Assembly (NCBI GenBank): GCA_012295275.1
Contig: CM022672.1
Span: 21,948,001-22,012,000, forward strand
Direction: 5' to 3'
Length of the DNA stretch: 64,000 bases
Source: Chrysomallon squamiferum
Lineage: Eukaryota > Animalia > Mollusca
Below, piece by piece: positions 1-64,000 of the stretch; the first letter of the stretch is position 1; each line of letters opens with the position of its first letter. Below the pieces are notes generated by a model. The model was not told the DNA's origin, searched no databases, and saw nothing but the letters and a program-made list of their open reading frames with translations. The position numbers and the translations under genes were made by a program.

Positions 1-293
1 AGAAGAGAAGGAGTATGTTACAGGTGATGAAATAAAACTGAAAAAAAACAGGTTTGTGATGATGATGATGATGATGATGATCAGAAAAGCAAGAAGAAGA
101 AATAAAAGAAAAAGATAAAGATGATACTGATCAAGTAAAAGCGAAAGCAGATGATGATGATGATGATGATGATGATGATAATGATGATGAAGACAGTTAT
201 GATGAACTAGAAGAAGAAAAAAACCAGAAAAGCAAAACCATATAGATAAAAATACATGGACAATGATGATATATGAAGAAGAAGATGATGATG

Positions 294-390
<97 letters not shown>

Positions 391-466
391 TATTATTATT
401 ATAATGAAGATGACAATGATGATGATTATATTATTATTATTATTATTCCAAATACAAAGACCTCAC

Positions 467-5658
<5,192 letters not shown>

Positions 5659-5848
5659 TTTTACTGTGTAGATTTTTCTTCCCGTATTTTTTAATTTTAA
5701 TCTGACGCTAAAAAAAAAAGAACCTGAATACAGAACCTAAATACCCGTATGTTCTAAATACTTTGATAATCCGTTATCGGAGATGATTCTCACTCTCGGG
5801 GTAACCTGTCCAGGCTTAAATTATATGTGTAGCTGTAAAGAAGACATA

Positions 5849-5921
<73 letters not shown>

Positions 5922-6529
5922 ATAATTATACAGGATTTCATGCTTACTGTAAGGTCAGGTAGTACGTGTGTGTGTGGGTTTTTTTTTTAGTCTTTGTGAC
6001 TTTTCGTTGATAATTAAAAACTTAAATTGTCAGAATCAACGCTAAATATTGCTGAAATATTTTCTTTGCGTCCACATTACCAGAAAACATTATCTTTTCT
6101 TTATTTTAAATGTTTTTCACTTCCTTTAATTTCTAACAACTGATGTATTGACTGATTAACTGAGTTGGGTTAAAAAAATAAAAATAAACCATCGACGTTT
6201 ATTGTATTGTGAGTGTCGTTACAAATTATAATATGTAATATCTAGTATCAGAATATTATTTTATACTTCTTTCTTGGCCCAAATTATAAATAAGTAACTA
6301 CTTCTCCGTCAAAACACGGATTTTTTAAATACTATACGCATTACGAGACTTATTATTTTATATAGAGTTTTTTGTTGACATCCATGATTATTTTTATAAA
6401 TACCTGATTAAAGTATTAGCTCTACATATTTTTTATAATGAATATAACGCACTTTTAAAAATTGTAAAAAGTTGTTTATTTGTAAAAAGCAAATCGTAAT
6501 AAGGGATTAGAAAATAGTTTGGATCCTTT

Positions 6530-6850
6530 GGATATCACGTCACAAGAAACTGCCCAGATAACGTCACTTAGTTACGTGTTTTTTGTTACGTTGTAAAGGA
6601 TTTACCATTTTGTGTTTTTTAAGTTTCTTTACGGAATTTACCACGGAGATGTTCTCATTTGTGCAAGGTAAGGACATGTTTTTCATTTTTCAACGTTGAT
6701 TTTTAGTTAATTTACGTTAGGAAAGTTCTGAGATTTGTAATAAATGTTATAAATATTAAAAGGAAAATGCAGCATTCTATGATTGTCAAAGCTATGCTCG
6801 TTTCGTCAAAGCCAATGTTAAATATGACGTTGTTTGCATCATGATGAAAA
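6530..6850. promoter_or_regulatory. Possible promoter: CpG-enriched patch with ACGT-core sites upstream of the hexosaminidase
   Basis: tcacgtcac (6535), acgtcac (6561), ttacgtg (6572) and tgacgt (6825) in an otherwise CpG-poor background, about 0.9 kb upstream of the ATG. Confidence 0.3.
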
Positions 6851-8817
6851 CAAACACAGAAAAAAATGTCACATCACAGACACTTTTAAATAGCTGAAAT
6901 ATTAATTTTCTAGCAGTCTCATATTTCCCGCCATATGCTGCTTAATTGTTTAATTTGCTTGCGTTTGCGCATGTGCAGTTTTTAGATTTTGGATGCGAAT
7001 GTGTCTGTCGATGTTTCTATGTGTTTATGTACGTATGTGTGTGCTTTCTGTATCTACATATATGTATGTTTATATGTGAAAGTGTGAATGTGAATGTGAA
7101 TGTATATAGATATAAGTATATGTCTGTGTATGTATGTGTATGTGCATCTTGTACATGTGTATGTCTACATATGTAAGTGTGACTAAGTATATGTATGTAT
7201 GTATGGGTGTCTGAATGTTAGTATGTGTTAGTATCTCTGGAGCATGTATTCAGGTGTGTCTATATATGAATGTGTGTATGTATATATGTGTATGTGTGTG
7301 TGTTAATATTGTGTATATGTGCATATGTATGTATGTATATATGTATGTGTGTGTTTGTGTATGTTAAAAGCATAGAACTTAAAACACACACATGCTAACG
7401 ATATAAAAACATGTATAGTGCAGGAAAGAAGATCATAACAAGAGGTTCAAGTTAATGTGTAATTATAATATGGCTGGTTCCTAATGATCCTCCACTATGA
7501 ATATGCTTAGCATTGTGCTTCAAATATAACCACAAAAAGATACTCACATATATAATTATTGTACACAAAACACACATTAACATATATGTATATTCATTCA
7601 TTGAACTGATGTATATGTGTGTGTGTGTGTGTGTGTTTGTATATGTACTTAAACTTTACCCTATTATCATTTATCTTCTATTATTTTACTGACACTTATT
7701 CATTGTTTGTACCATTATCATATTACAGGGTGTTGTATATCAGTGTTCAACATAAATGCAGATGTCATCCAAAATAAATATTAATATACTAGCTTCTAAA
7801 TTTATGAACATTATAAAATTCCTGGCTTCTGTATTTCTAAAAATATGGCAAAAAAAAAATGATGACAGAATAAACTGTTAGCCCTAAAGGAACCTCAGCA
7901 AAGAATAATCCCATATATAAAGTTTGCTTGAATGACATATGATAATATTTACAATGTGATATTTTTTTTGTAAGTGTATTTATTTAGTGTGAGATAGACT
8001 TAAGACTTGTGTTTCAGAATAACTATGTCTGTACTTAGATAAAATAACCAATGTTCATGTAAACTTATAAAGATATTGAAAAATATATTTTAGTTTATGT
8101 TCAGTAACAAACAGTATTTAGTTCAGCTTACAAAACTGTTTTATGTTAATCTGTATGATATTTGTTCATATGTACATTACACCTGCACACACAGACACAC
8201 ACATATATACATACATGACACAAGCATGCACTGTATTGCTTCATTAACAGATGGTGTGTGTATTATATTCTTTTTTATAATTTGCATTGTGGTTTTTGTA
8301 CATACACAAGCATACATACACATTTACACATAGAGAGAAAATATTTTCCTATTTTTCAAATTGTTTAGTTTTTGGGGAGTAATTTTTTTTTTTTTTTTTT
8401 TTAACTATTTGGCTGTATCAGAATGGTTAATTTGAAATCAGTACTGATTTAATATCAGTATCAAAAATCAAATGGAAAAATTATTTTCTAAAGAGTAGCA
8501 GAATAGAAAAGTGTGCCATGAATCATATTATATATATGTGTGTGTGTGTGTGCCTGTATGTATGTATACATGTGTATTTTTTAATGTATGTATACATGCA
8601 TGTATGTGTTTATATATGTAATTATGTGTGAATGTGTGTTTGTGTGTGTGTGTGTGTGTGTTTGTGTGTTTATATACAAGTAAAAGATAGTTCTTTTAGG
8701 AAAAAAAATGTATACAAAATTATAGACAACACACATACAGTTATATGGACACAAATGCAGACAGACATACTGCATGGTCTCAAGCAGATTGTGTTGCTGT
8801 ATTCATGTGGAAGATAA

Positions 8818-8867
<50 letters not shown>

Positions 8868-10878
8868 TTGCATAAAACATTTATACCCAAACACTATACA
8901 TGTTCGTAACAATAAATAAATGTTTACCTCAAAAGAAACAACAGCAATAAAAAACAAAAAACAAAAAAAACAAGAAACAAATGTTGAAATTTTTTTATTT
9001 TTTGTAAGGCGAGATTTGAAAAGAAATAAAACAAAAATAATCGATGATAAAGTCATCATTAATAATAATAGTATTAATATTTATAATAAGATGCAGGGAA
9101 AGAGAAAAAAGAAAAGTTTTATCAAGCAACCAGAAACATTTGATTAGCTCAGCCAATGATGCTGAGCACAAACACTTAAAGAAAGGTGGGTATGATGATA
9201 ATAAAATACATTTCTTAGTCAAAACGTTCAACATTTCAACCATGTTTGCGCACAGAAACATTGTGACAGAGTAGAATATGAAGCATAAATTTATGTGAAA
9301 CATTTTTTTTTTTTTAATTTATATACATATAAAAAAAAAAAACATTTTTATATGATATAGGCAATAATTTAAAACAAAAATTATTTATATATATAATTTA
9401 AAAAAAACAAAAAAAAAAACGTTAAAAATAGTTGGAGGAAAATAAGAGTAAAGAAATGGATAAGGGAATTAAGACAAAAGAAATCTTCGGCCATTTTATG
9501 GAACTGAAGATTATATAAACATCAAATACAGCTGGAGTGAGCTTTCTTAAGAAATGGCAATGATATCAAATGAAGTCCATTTCTTTCACATGTTAATGTG
9601 CTGCTTCATATTTTCATAAAATTATTCACATAAAACATTTTAACTATAGGTAAAAATTTTAAGAATTCAGCAATCAAAAAAGATGGGTGAAATGTTTTAT
9701 AAATATAATGTGAATGTATTTATAAATATAAGATTTTACATACATACATACTTGTATATATTACGTGTATGTATATACATGTATGTATGTATGCATGTAT
9801 GTATATATATATATATATATATACACATACATGCACTCATAAAGTAATACAATAAAGAACACCATATGAATTTATACAACGAGCATTCGAACTAATTGCA
9901 TAGAAAACATTTATGATCATCCATGCAGTTTTACTTTTAATACAGTGTGTACATCTTAGATTAAATTTTCAGCTTGTGTCACTGGTCCACACACTTTAGG
10001 TAACAACTAGTCATTGTTAATATAATGGTCTTCATTTTGGTTTAATTATATTTTTATAGTTTTAATATAAAATTATTTAATGAATTCTTATAGCTGGCAT
10101 AGAAAAGAATCATATAAAAACTGGCCTTACAGATCTGTAGTTTTGTTTTCTCTAAGAACTGTTATATCAGTGGGTTTGTGGAGTTTTGGAAATGATTATA
10201 GTTTAAAGGATAATCCATTTAAGCCTTTTGTTTACCTCTTAATGGTCCTTGATGTAAAATTTGAAAATGATTACAACCATATTATATATATATTTCTTAT
10301 TTATTTTATTTTATTTTTATTTTTTTTTTTTTTTTCTTAATATTTCAATATTTTAGGAATAAGTAATGTAGAATAAGATAAGGAATAGATGTTAAGTAAA
10401 ATTCAGAATTATTAAAGCCCTAACATGGAACTGTCAGTTTTATCAGCAACAGTAATTAAAACAACCTTTAATACAACAAATACGTAATATTTATAATAAT
10501 ACAAAAAACTATGCTAAAGAATTTAATTTTACCTTTAACAGAAACTGTTAAAAATGCACAATATAATGGAACACATTTTTGTTTTTTATTTCTGTATTAT
10601 AACTTTCCTATTTTTAAATGATTTCTTTCTTTTAATTCTAAAAACCAATCTAAGATGCACTGAAAAAAGTCATAAACCTCTCTAAATTTACATCACTCAT
10701 GATGTGAAAGTTTTAATACTTAAATTTTCTTCTTATTTTTTACATGATCTCATTCATTATTTAGAAATAAAAAATAAAATAAAAAAAAAAAAAAAAAAAG
10801 AAAGAAGAATTTTTTTTAAAGATGGACATCTTACCAAAGAAAAGCATTATATATAAGCAAAATGTTAGAAGTAGAAAA

Positions 10879-10917
<39 letters not shown>

Positions 10918-13249
10918 CAGCATCATGCTGTATTTTTTCTAGGTAACATAAAATTAATCAATAAAAGTAAAATAAATTCTTCTTTTTTTCACACAATAAC
11001 AATAATCAGGGAGGCTAGAATTATTTTTTTGTTTTCATCAAACCATCTCAGAAACAATTACTTAAGCAGTTAGAAGCCTGAACAATGATAACTGTATATA
11101 CATCAATTTTTACTTTGTCATACCTTGAAACTGATTTAAAAGGCATATAAAAGACAAAAGAAATAATATAACCAAAAGTCATGTCTACTTAATTTACAAG
11201 TAGGAAATTTCCAACACTGAAGTGTACAAAAAATGAAAAAAAATTCATATAATTATCAGTTAAGGTAGAATGATGAAATGGAAAGAGAATTAAAAACTCA
11301 AAGGTCATCTCCATAATGTTACTAATTAACATGGAAATATGTAGGAACAGTCATATAAATAATTATTATTAATATTATGTTATTACTAAGGAACATAAAT
11401 TATTTTTAAAAATAATTGTATTTTAGTTTAAAACTTTATTATTGTGTGTAGTTCATTTTTTTTTTAAATTATTATTATTTTTAGTTTTTACATATGACAT
11501 AATAAATATACAAATAAATAAATTAATAAATAAATTCATTCATTCATTCATAAACCTTTAAACTAAAAGAAACTTTTTTCCATTGTTATTACATTAAGTA
11601 ATCATTTCTGAAAGAGTCATGAGACAAAACAAAACAGCAGTAAAACATTAAAACAAGGGATATTTACAAGATACATAATGTATACTTGTTTAGACTTGTA
11701 TACTTGTATAAAATGTTTCTGCCTCAGAAATATCCAAGAAACCTGTTGTAGTCAGAATTTCTATATTTTTGCCAGAGATGAGTTTTTTTTATAATTTGAC
11801 TAAAAAAGAAAAACCCTAGAGTTAACAGATCACAGAAATTGAAAGGAACACCATCAATTTTCCAATACCTCATTTTGTCTGAATCGGATTACTGTTAAGT
11901 AAAAATTACTCCAAGTAAAACTGCAACTTAACAAAATGCTATTTTTCTTTTTGTAATGTTCTGTCAGAGTGTGTGTGTGTGTGTCTGTGTGTGTGTCTGT
12001 GTCTGTATGTGTATGTATATATATATATATCTATATTTAATTTACATTAGATAAAATCTTTGGATAGAGGACATCCACACACACACACACATACACAAAC
12101 ATTTGAACTTCACCTATGTGACTTAGTTGTTACAGAATTTATCATTGTTTTCAATCACTTAATACAAACTGACTGTAAAGTTTTTAATTTGCACAATATG
12201 GCCACACATAAGTCATGGATAACAGATAATTGTTGAACTTAGTGCATGGATACAGTTTGGCAAAGCTATTTATCTAATAAGGAGGATAAGGAGCCGAAAG
12301 TGCTGGAAAATTGATAGTGAATCCGTATTTATAATAGAAACAACAACTATTAACAACATTATATATATATTTCTACAATAATTAATCAGATTAACAGTTT
12401 ACTTTATAGTCTTATATATTTAAAGAGACACACATGAAAATAGATAATAAGAGTATATTCTTAACAACCAGTAATGAAAAGTGCATGGCTGCCTGTTTCC
12501 TCAGTAATATAAAACATTGGATTTGGTCTTAGCTGTCACATTTCTCAAATAATATATATTTTTTTAATGTATGTTATTAGTTAATTGTGTTTATATTACT
12601 ACATTTTAAGAAAGAAGCTTGTCTTAATCTTATAATTTTAACAGGAAATTTTAGTACGTTTAACTAAATTGTTTACTACTACTGCTGCTGTTGTTAGTGC
12701 TATTAATTATATTATTATTGTTATTACATAGTTACAGTATTTTATTTATTTATTTATTTATTTATTAAAAATTTGAAAATATATTCTACTGTATTGGTGA
12801 ACAGTTCTCTGTTAACATTATTTTTATTCATTTAAAGGGTTCGTTGTGTTTTTTTTTTTTTAAGAACATGGTCAAGTTATTATTTTATTTCTTTATTATT
12901 AATATGTTTTTCTTTTATTATTGTTATTATTGCCATCATCGTTATTATCAGTTATTTACTTATTTATTTATTTAAACACTTACTTACAGTCAAATCATAG
13001 GAATGTTTACACTAGACTATATTAGTTAAAACCTGCAGCAGCATTGAGTTCTCTCAGTGATAAAAACACATCATATCACAATATACACAAACATTCATAA
13101 AAGTGCTGATAATTAATTGTCTATTGAACAGTGAACAATACAACAGAATTAGTAAAGTTTTTTTAAAAACGTAACAACAAGAACAACAACCGTGCTTTAA
13201 TACAGTCAGTTATTTTAAAATGTCATCATAAGTTTGAACAAAAGGCTGA

Positions 13250-13870
13250 AATATCAGTACATTACTAGCTGTTCAATTTTAAATATGTTACTTTAGATTT
13301 GAAATAAAGGTTGAAAACATGTTACCATAATCCATTTTAAATATTAAACATGTTTGCCTGGATTTGAATTATAGGTTGGAAATGTTCATTACCAGATTTT
13401 GAAACAGTTGTCTTGAATTTGAGTAACTGGTTGAAATTATGCCATATCAGTGAATCCATCCATTTTTAACATGTTTATATTGGATCAGAGTAATAGGATG
13501 AAATAATATTGCATTACTGACATCCATTGTGAATACTTTGTCTTGGATTTAAATAATAGGTTGAAATTATGCCATACTGATGAATCCAATTAAACAGGTT
13601 AATCTGGGATTAGAGTAATAGGGCAGAAACATGCTATATGAAATTTATTTCATACAGATTGTCATGGATTGAAAACCTGCATCATTACTGAAATCCATTT
13701 TAAATAAGTTATCTTTGATCTGTGTAACAAAATGTATTTCAAATAGATTGTCTTGGATTTGAATTATATTTATAGATAGAAAACAAGCAACATTTTCAAA
13801 CTTCTATTTAAATAAGTTATCTTGGATTTGAATAATATGCTATATCAGTTGAAATCCATTTTAAAAAGTT
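13250..13870. repeat. Degenerate ~60-bp tandem repeat, about 10 copies
   Basis: Recurring atccattttaaa...tcttggatttgaa...taggttgaaa at roughly 60-nt spacing. Confidence 0.75.
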
Positions 13871-16043
13871 TTCAGTAAAAGACTGAAAATATATCCTTCA
13901 GCAATAGCACAAAAATAAATATAATAATTTTTGAAAACATAAGAAAACAACTGTATTTATTAATTTAACACTGGTTTTGTTTTTGTTTTTTTTTTTTTAT
14001 CATTTTTTTTTTTTTTTTTTTCAAATGGATTGTCCTGATAATAGAATATTGTAAATATTAAGTAGAATAATTTATGGAATGAAAGTAAAACTGATATTTC
14101 AGGTGTCGTATGCATTGGTGCATGCAAAAATCATGGATAAGTCAAACAATATATTTTGATGCCATGAAGCAAAACCTTCATTCACGTCAAAAACAAATAT
14201 TGAATTAAATTATTTTTAAAATTATTTTTCAACTTGAAAAATCTATTTAATTCTGAAATATCAAGCAACAACACGCAATATTTTTTACTTTATTTACCCA
14301 TTTTGTGGTGGGAAGTCAAATGTTAAACTCTGTACACACCAAACTATGGAGAAGAATTATGTGTTTAAAATGAATAGTTTGTTATACATCTGTGAGTCTT
14401 TTTACTAGTTACTTGCTATGGAAAAGCATGGATTTTTAGTTATTTATTAAAACACTGCTAAAAAATGACGTCCATTTTCCACAAATAGGTTATGTAATGA
14501 CTCAAAGTTGCATATCTCCAAAAACAAAATAACAGAAAAAAAAAAGAAATAATAATAAAATAATTTGTTGAATGTGTCCTGTATCCACAATTTCCCCATG
14601 CACCTTTGTTACATATTATTATTCACTTAAACATCACAGCAGACTGAAAACACTGACCAGCTGAAAAGTTCTGATCACAGACAAAAAAAACTAAAACAAA
14701 ACTTACATCAACAGAATTTACATATAACTGATTAGGATGCAGATGATCTGAGTTTGTCATATAACTGTTGTGGTTTCAGTTATGTAAAATAATTAATGTC
14801 TTTTCAGTAATATTATAAATTAAATCATAATTAAGACAAAAAAAAATCAGTTCTTTCTTATAGTTAAAATAGTTTTTTTTAAATAGCTGGGTTTTTTTGT
14901 TGTTTTTTTTAACAGTGAGCAGTAATTATAAAATACATCAAATAAATAAATAAACATTAAAACTTACAGTTGTAGAAAATATTTTATGCTTGTCATAAAT
15001 TTTTTATGGTTTTACTTTGTCAGGTTTTATTTTGGTTTTGGGGGAGTTGACTTAGGAAAAAAAAACAGTATATATGTTTCTTTTTTAATTCATTTCAGTA
15101 TTTTGTTTTTTCATAAAATATTGGTAAATATTATTAGAAAATGTATTTTAAATAAACTGGTATTAAATCATACTCAACTTTTGGATGATGTAAGATTTAT
15201 AAATAATGTAATCTGCTTTTAATTCAACTATATTTTTTAAACAATCCCACCACCATATTGTAAAAAGAAAGTAACAATATATCCGATTGGTTAAAAAAAT
15301 TTATAGTATAAAATTTACAAATTTTGCACAGTTCCTGCTGGCAAACTTCACTTTCAAAAGTGAAAAAAAAAAAACACATTTAATCAATGTTAATTAAGTA
15401 AAAATTAATTACAGGATCTCAGAAATTAATCCTAATAAATTTATTATTATAATATGTTAGGAAAAAAAAATTATCTACAGAAAGATTTTAAATCTATTCT
15501 AATGGTTTACAGAAATTTAAATTATTCAAAATTTAAATGACTGAGTGCATCACTTTTTTTCATCATGTAGTGTATATATTAATTTTAAATTTGCAATTCA
15601 CAAATATAAATACAAATAAATAGAAACAGAGGAAAAAAATAAAACAAAAAACAAATTTAATAAATAATAATTAGTAACATTTTGTTTCTGTTTATAAATA
15701 CTATAATACATTATATGCAATAAGTTAATAAATAAATAAATAAATAAATAAATAAATTAATTAATTAATTAATTAATTTAATTTAATTAATTAACAAAAT
15801 AAATATGTAACACAATATAAAGTGTTTACGGTATATACAAACATTTAGCAAACACAGTGTAACAAAATTTGAAAGACTGCGTAACAATTGTGTGAATGTA
15901 ATTCTGGAATATCAGATATTTCGCATACCGGAACACAAAGTTAAAATTCCAATTCAGCATTCCATCAAATTAAAACAAATTGAAAAAAAAAAAAAAAAAA
16001 AAATGAATAAAAATGTATTCTCCACTGTCAGATAATTATTTTG

Positions 16044-16086
<43 letters not shown>

Positions 16087-16854
16087 AGTATCTCCACTGA
16101 ATGCAAGAGGAATTTATATATATAACTTATAAATAAATAAATAAATAAATAATAATAATAAAATATAAAAATAACCAACCAACCAACAAACAAAGTATTC
16201 TCTGATGAATACGTGTGAGATAGTTACAATTAACATGTATAAATTAAACAAAACAACAACAGTTAGTCAAAAGAACAATTTTTTTTTTTCACACACAATG
16301 AATACCAATCATTCTGAATAAATCCTGTGAGAAAAGTATATATTTTTTTTTATCTGGTTGAATTTTATCATTATTATTATTATTATCTTCTTTTTTTTTT
16401 TAAATCTTCTAAACATGTACACATAACAAATGCATTCCATTGAGCATTGCTTAGGAATAAAGCACTTCTGGGTCATGTACTACTGTATAAACAAACTGAC
16501 CTCTATCTAAGTAAGAAAAAACAAATGGAACAACAACAACAACAACAACAACAGACATTGAGAACATTGGTTATTTTCATCCATGGTATTTGGACCTCAT
16601 AAATATGATGATATCACCATAGAAAAGAAAAGACACACATAAAAAAAAAAATCACATAATATTCTGTACATCAGTCATGTTCACTTAGAAAGATGTGCAC
16701 ACATGAACTATGAAAATGCGATGGAATTTGCTGGAAGTATTTGGAATACATCATACTTTTTTGTTTGTTTGTTTGTTTTTGTTTCTTCTTTGCATTTGGA
16801 AATTTTCATACATGTAGTGATAGAGACATGTATGAATGGAAATTCATTAAGTTT

Positions 16855-16897
<43 letters not shown>

Positions 16898-16945
16898 CTA
16901 TATAAAAAAAAAGAAGGTAAAATGTCTGTCTACAGTAAATACTTA

Positions 16946-62087
<45,142 letters not shown>

Positions 62088-62590
62088 CTGAAAGTGAGAG
62101 AGATACAAGAACATATCATTTGTTTTGTAAAATAAGTATTACACCTGAACTGAACTAAACAGACAAAATTAATGTGCTTATTCATGCTGTATTTATATTA
62201 GTAAGAAGAAGAGTGATGATGATAATAATAATAATAATAATAATAACAATAATAATAATAATAATATACATACCATAATTTTTATTTTAAACAAAAGCAG
62301 TGATATTTATCTTTTGTAAAATATGCAAGCAAATACATTATATAATTAAGAGTTTGGAAGTTCTGTGTGTTTTTTTTTTTCTTTACAAAATAAATCTTTT
62401 TGTTGCAGCAAAATAAATTTGTGTGAACAAAGAATCAAAAAGCTAAATAGTTTGTCATGCAAACTGTATGTGAATCATATTCTTCCAACAATAAATGTGA
62501 CAAAAATAATGTTGATATTTCATTTTGAATAAAAATAAAAATGAAATAAATAAGCATGAAACTGAATTTAAAAAGAAATTATTTCATTAT

Positions 62591-62642
<52 letters not shown>

Positions 62643-63159
62643 ATGTGTGTGTGTGTGCGTGTGTGTAAAAATTATAATTCTGTTCCAACACTGATAAACT
62701 GTGAAACTTGTTGATTTTATTATTCACAAAGTTTTTATGGTTCATTTATTTCAAACTGGTTCATGCATAAGCTGTGAACAGTTTCAGATTCATGCACCAA
62801 GATGACATCATTCAGAAACTAGAGTGCAAAATCTAAACTGAGGTTTCATAGTATCACACATATATGTGTCTTAATGTCAAAATGAATATAAATCAGCATA
62901 TCTATAAGATAAAATTAATTTTGTTGTCTTTTTCTGTAACTGTTGAATAAAGTAAGATATAAAAACAGAAACTTTGAAATAAAATCATTAAAGAAAAATA
63001 TTCAGAAAATAAAATAAAACTGTAGACAAACAGAATTAACATCAGTAAAGTTATATTTCAATAACAACTTAAAAACATCTCATATATTGTAATTTTTCTG
63101 TTCTTGCTTTATTTCTTCAATTACATTTTTTTTTTTTTTTTTAAACAGATTTATTATTA

Positions 63160-63212
<53 letters not shown>

Positions 63213-63613
63213 TTGTTATTGTTTTTGTTTTCTTTTTTCTAAACTGTTTTCACCATTTAACAGCAAAAATTTTAAATTTTGTTATAGGTAGATGGTACCC
63301 AGGCATTGTACTTGACCAGTAAAAAATAATACAATACACTCAAAATTGCAGTATAATTAAAAGTATTTTGATCAATAAAGCAATCTCTGCAGGCATAGGA
63401 GAAATCAATAGGTCCTTGAGAAGTTAAGGAATCAACTGCTAAGGAATTCAAGTATTTTTTAAAAGTTTTAAGACCATGCATGTTTCTGGAATGCACATAC
63501 AAAGTTCATGGAAAGGGTTTTGTCTAAGAATTGCAATTTAGACTGAGTATCCTGTTGTGAAGTTATTGGCTAATTCTACTATCATGGTCAAAAGACACAT
63601 TCATGTTCCTTAC

Positions 63614-63631
63614 CTCAGACAAACTTAAAAC
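63614..63631 (-). CDS. cac: Candidate 18-nt Cav2 microexon (VLSLSE), III-IV linker
   Basis: tttaacctttctttag acceptor, GAG|gtaagg donor, phase 0-0, no stop; TGCATG at 63475-63480. Confidence 0.45.
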
Positions 63632-64000
63632 CTAAAGAAAGGTTAAACATAATTTAAAAAAAAAAAAAAAACAGAAAACAATATTAAAGCAATAAAACAG
63701 TAAAATAGCAGTTAAAATAAAACTTAATGTGAAATAAAAAATTAATTAAAAATAAATAAAATAAGCAAAATAATATGTTTTATCATTATAAAAATAACAT
63801 AACTACAGCTGGTGCAATATAAAATGTTCTTCTCATGGAATCTTTGAGTTACAAATAATGTGTAACCCAAACACAAACAACAAGAGAAGCAAAGGGGGGA
63901 AGTATAAAACACACAATGATACACTGATATGTAAGACATAAAATTATTGTGATTTCTAAAATAATTTTTTATTATTTTATTTTTATTTACTTTTTAGTTT

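Noticed and set aside
13250-13870. Repeat arrays as CRISPR-like loci
   Set aside because: Eukaryotic context, degenerate units without unique spacers, and no cas genes.

Overview
AT-rich, microsatellite-dense animal genomic DNA, probably a mollusc and plausibly a coleoid cephalopod (inference from composition and protein style). Most ORF-track entries are repeat noise. Two intron-containing genes lie on the minus strand, reconstructed by reading GT-AG exon boundaries and checking phases. (1) The 3' part of a Cav2 (cacophony / CACNA1A-B-E type) voltage-gated calcium channel alpha-1 gene runs from the III-IV linker (~62-63.6 kb) to the DDWC C-terminus at 16946. (2) The first nine coding exons of a GH20 beta-hexosaminidase run from ATG 5658 off the left edge. 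The main result is that the domain IV voltage sensor of this Cav2 looks modular: two alternative exons for IVS2, two for IVS4 separated by a 51-nt intron, and a candidate 6-nt microexon in the IVS3-S4 linker. Also seen are a candidate III-IV linker microexon, several candidate C-tail cassette and micro exons, an out-of-order copy of a pore-turret exon, and a frame break in the last exon (assembly indel or alternative 3' splice site). All splicing calls are predictions from sequence alone.
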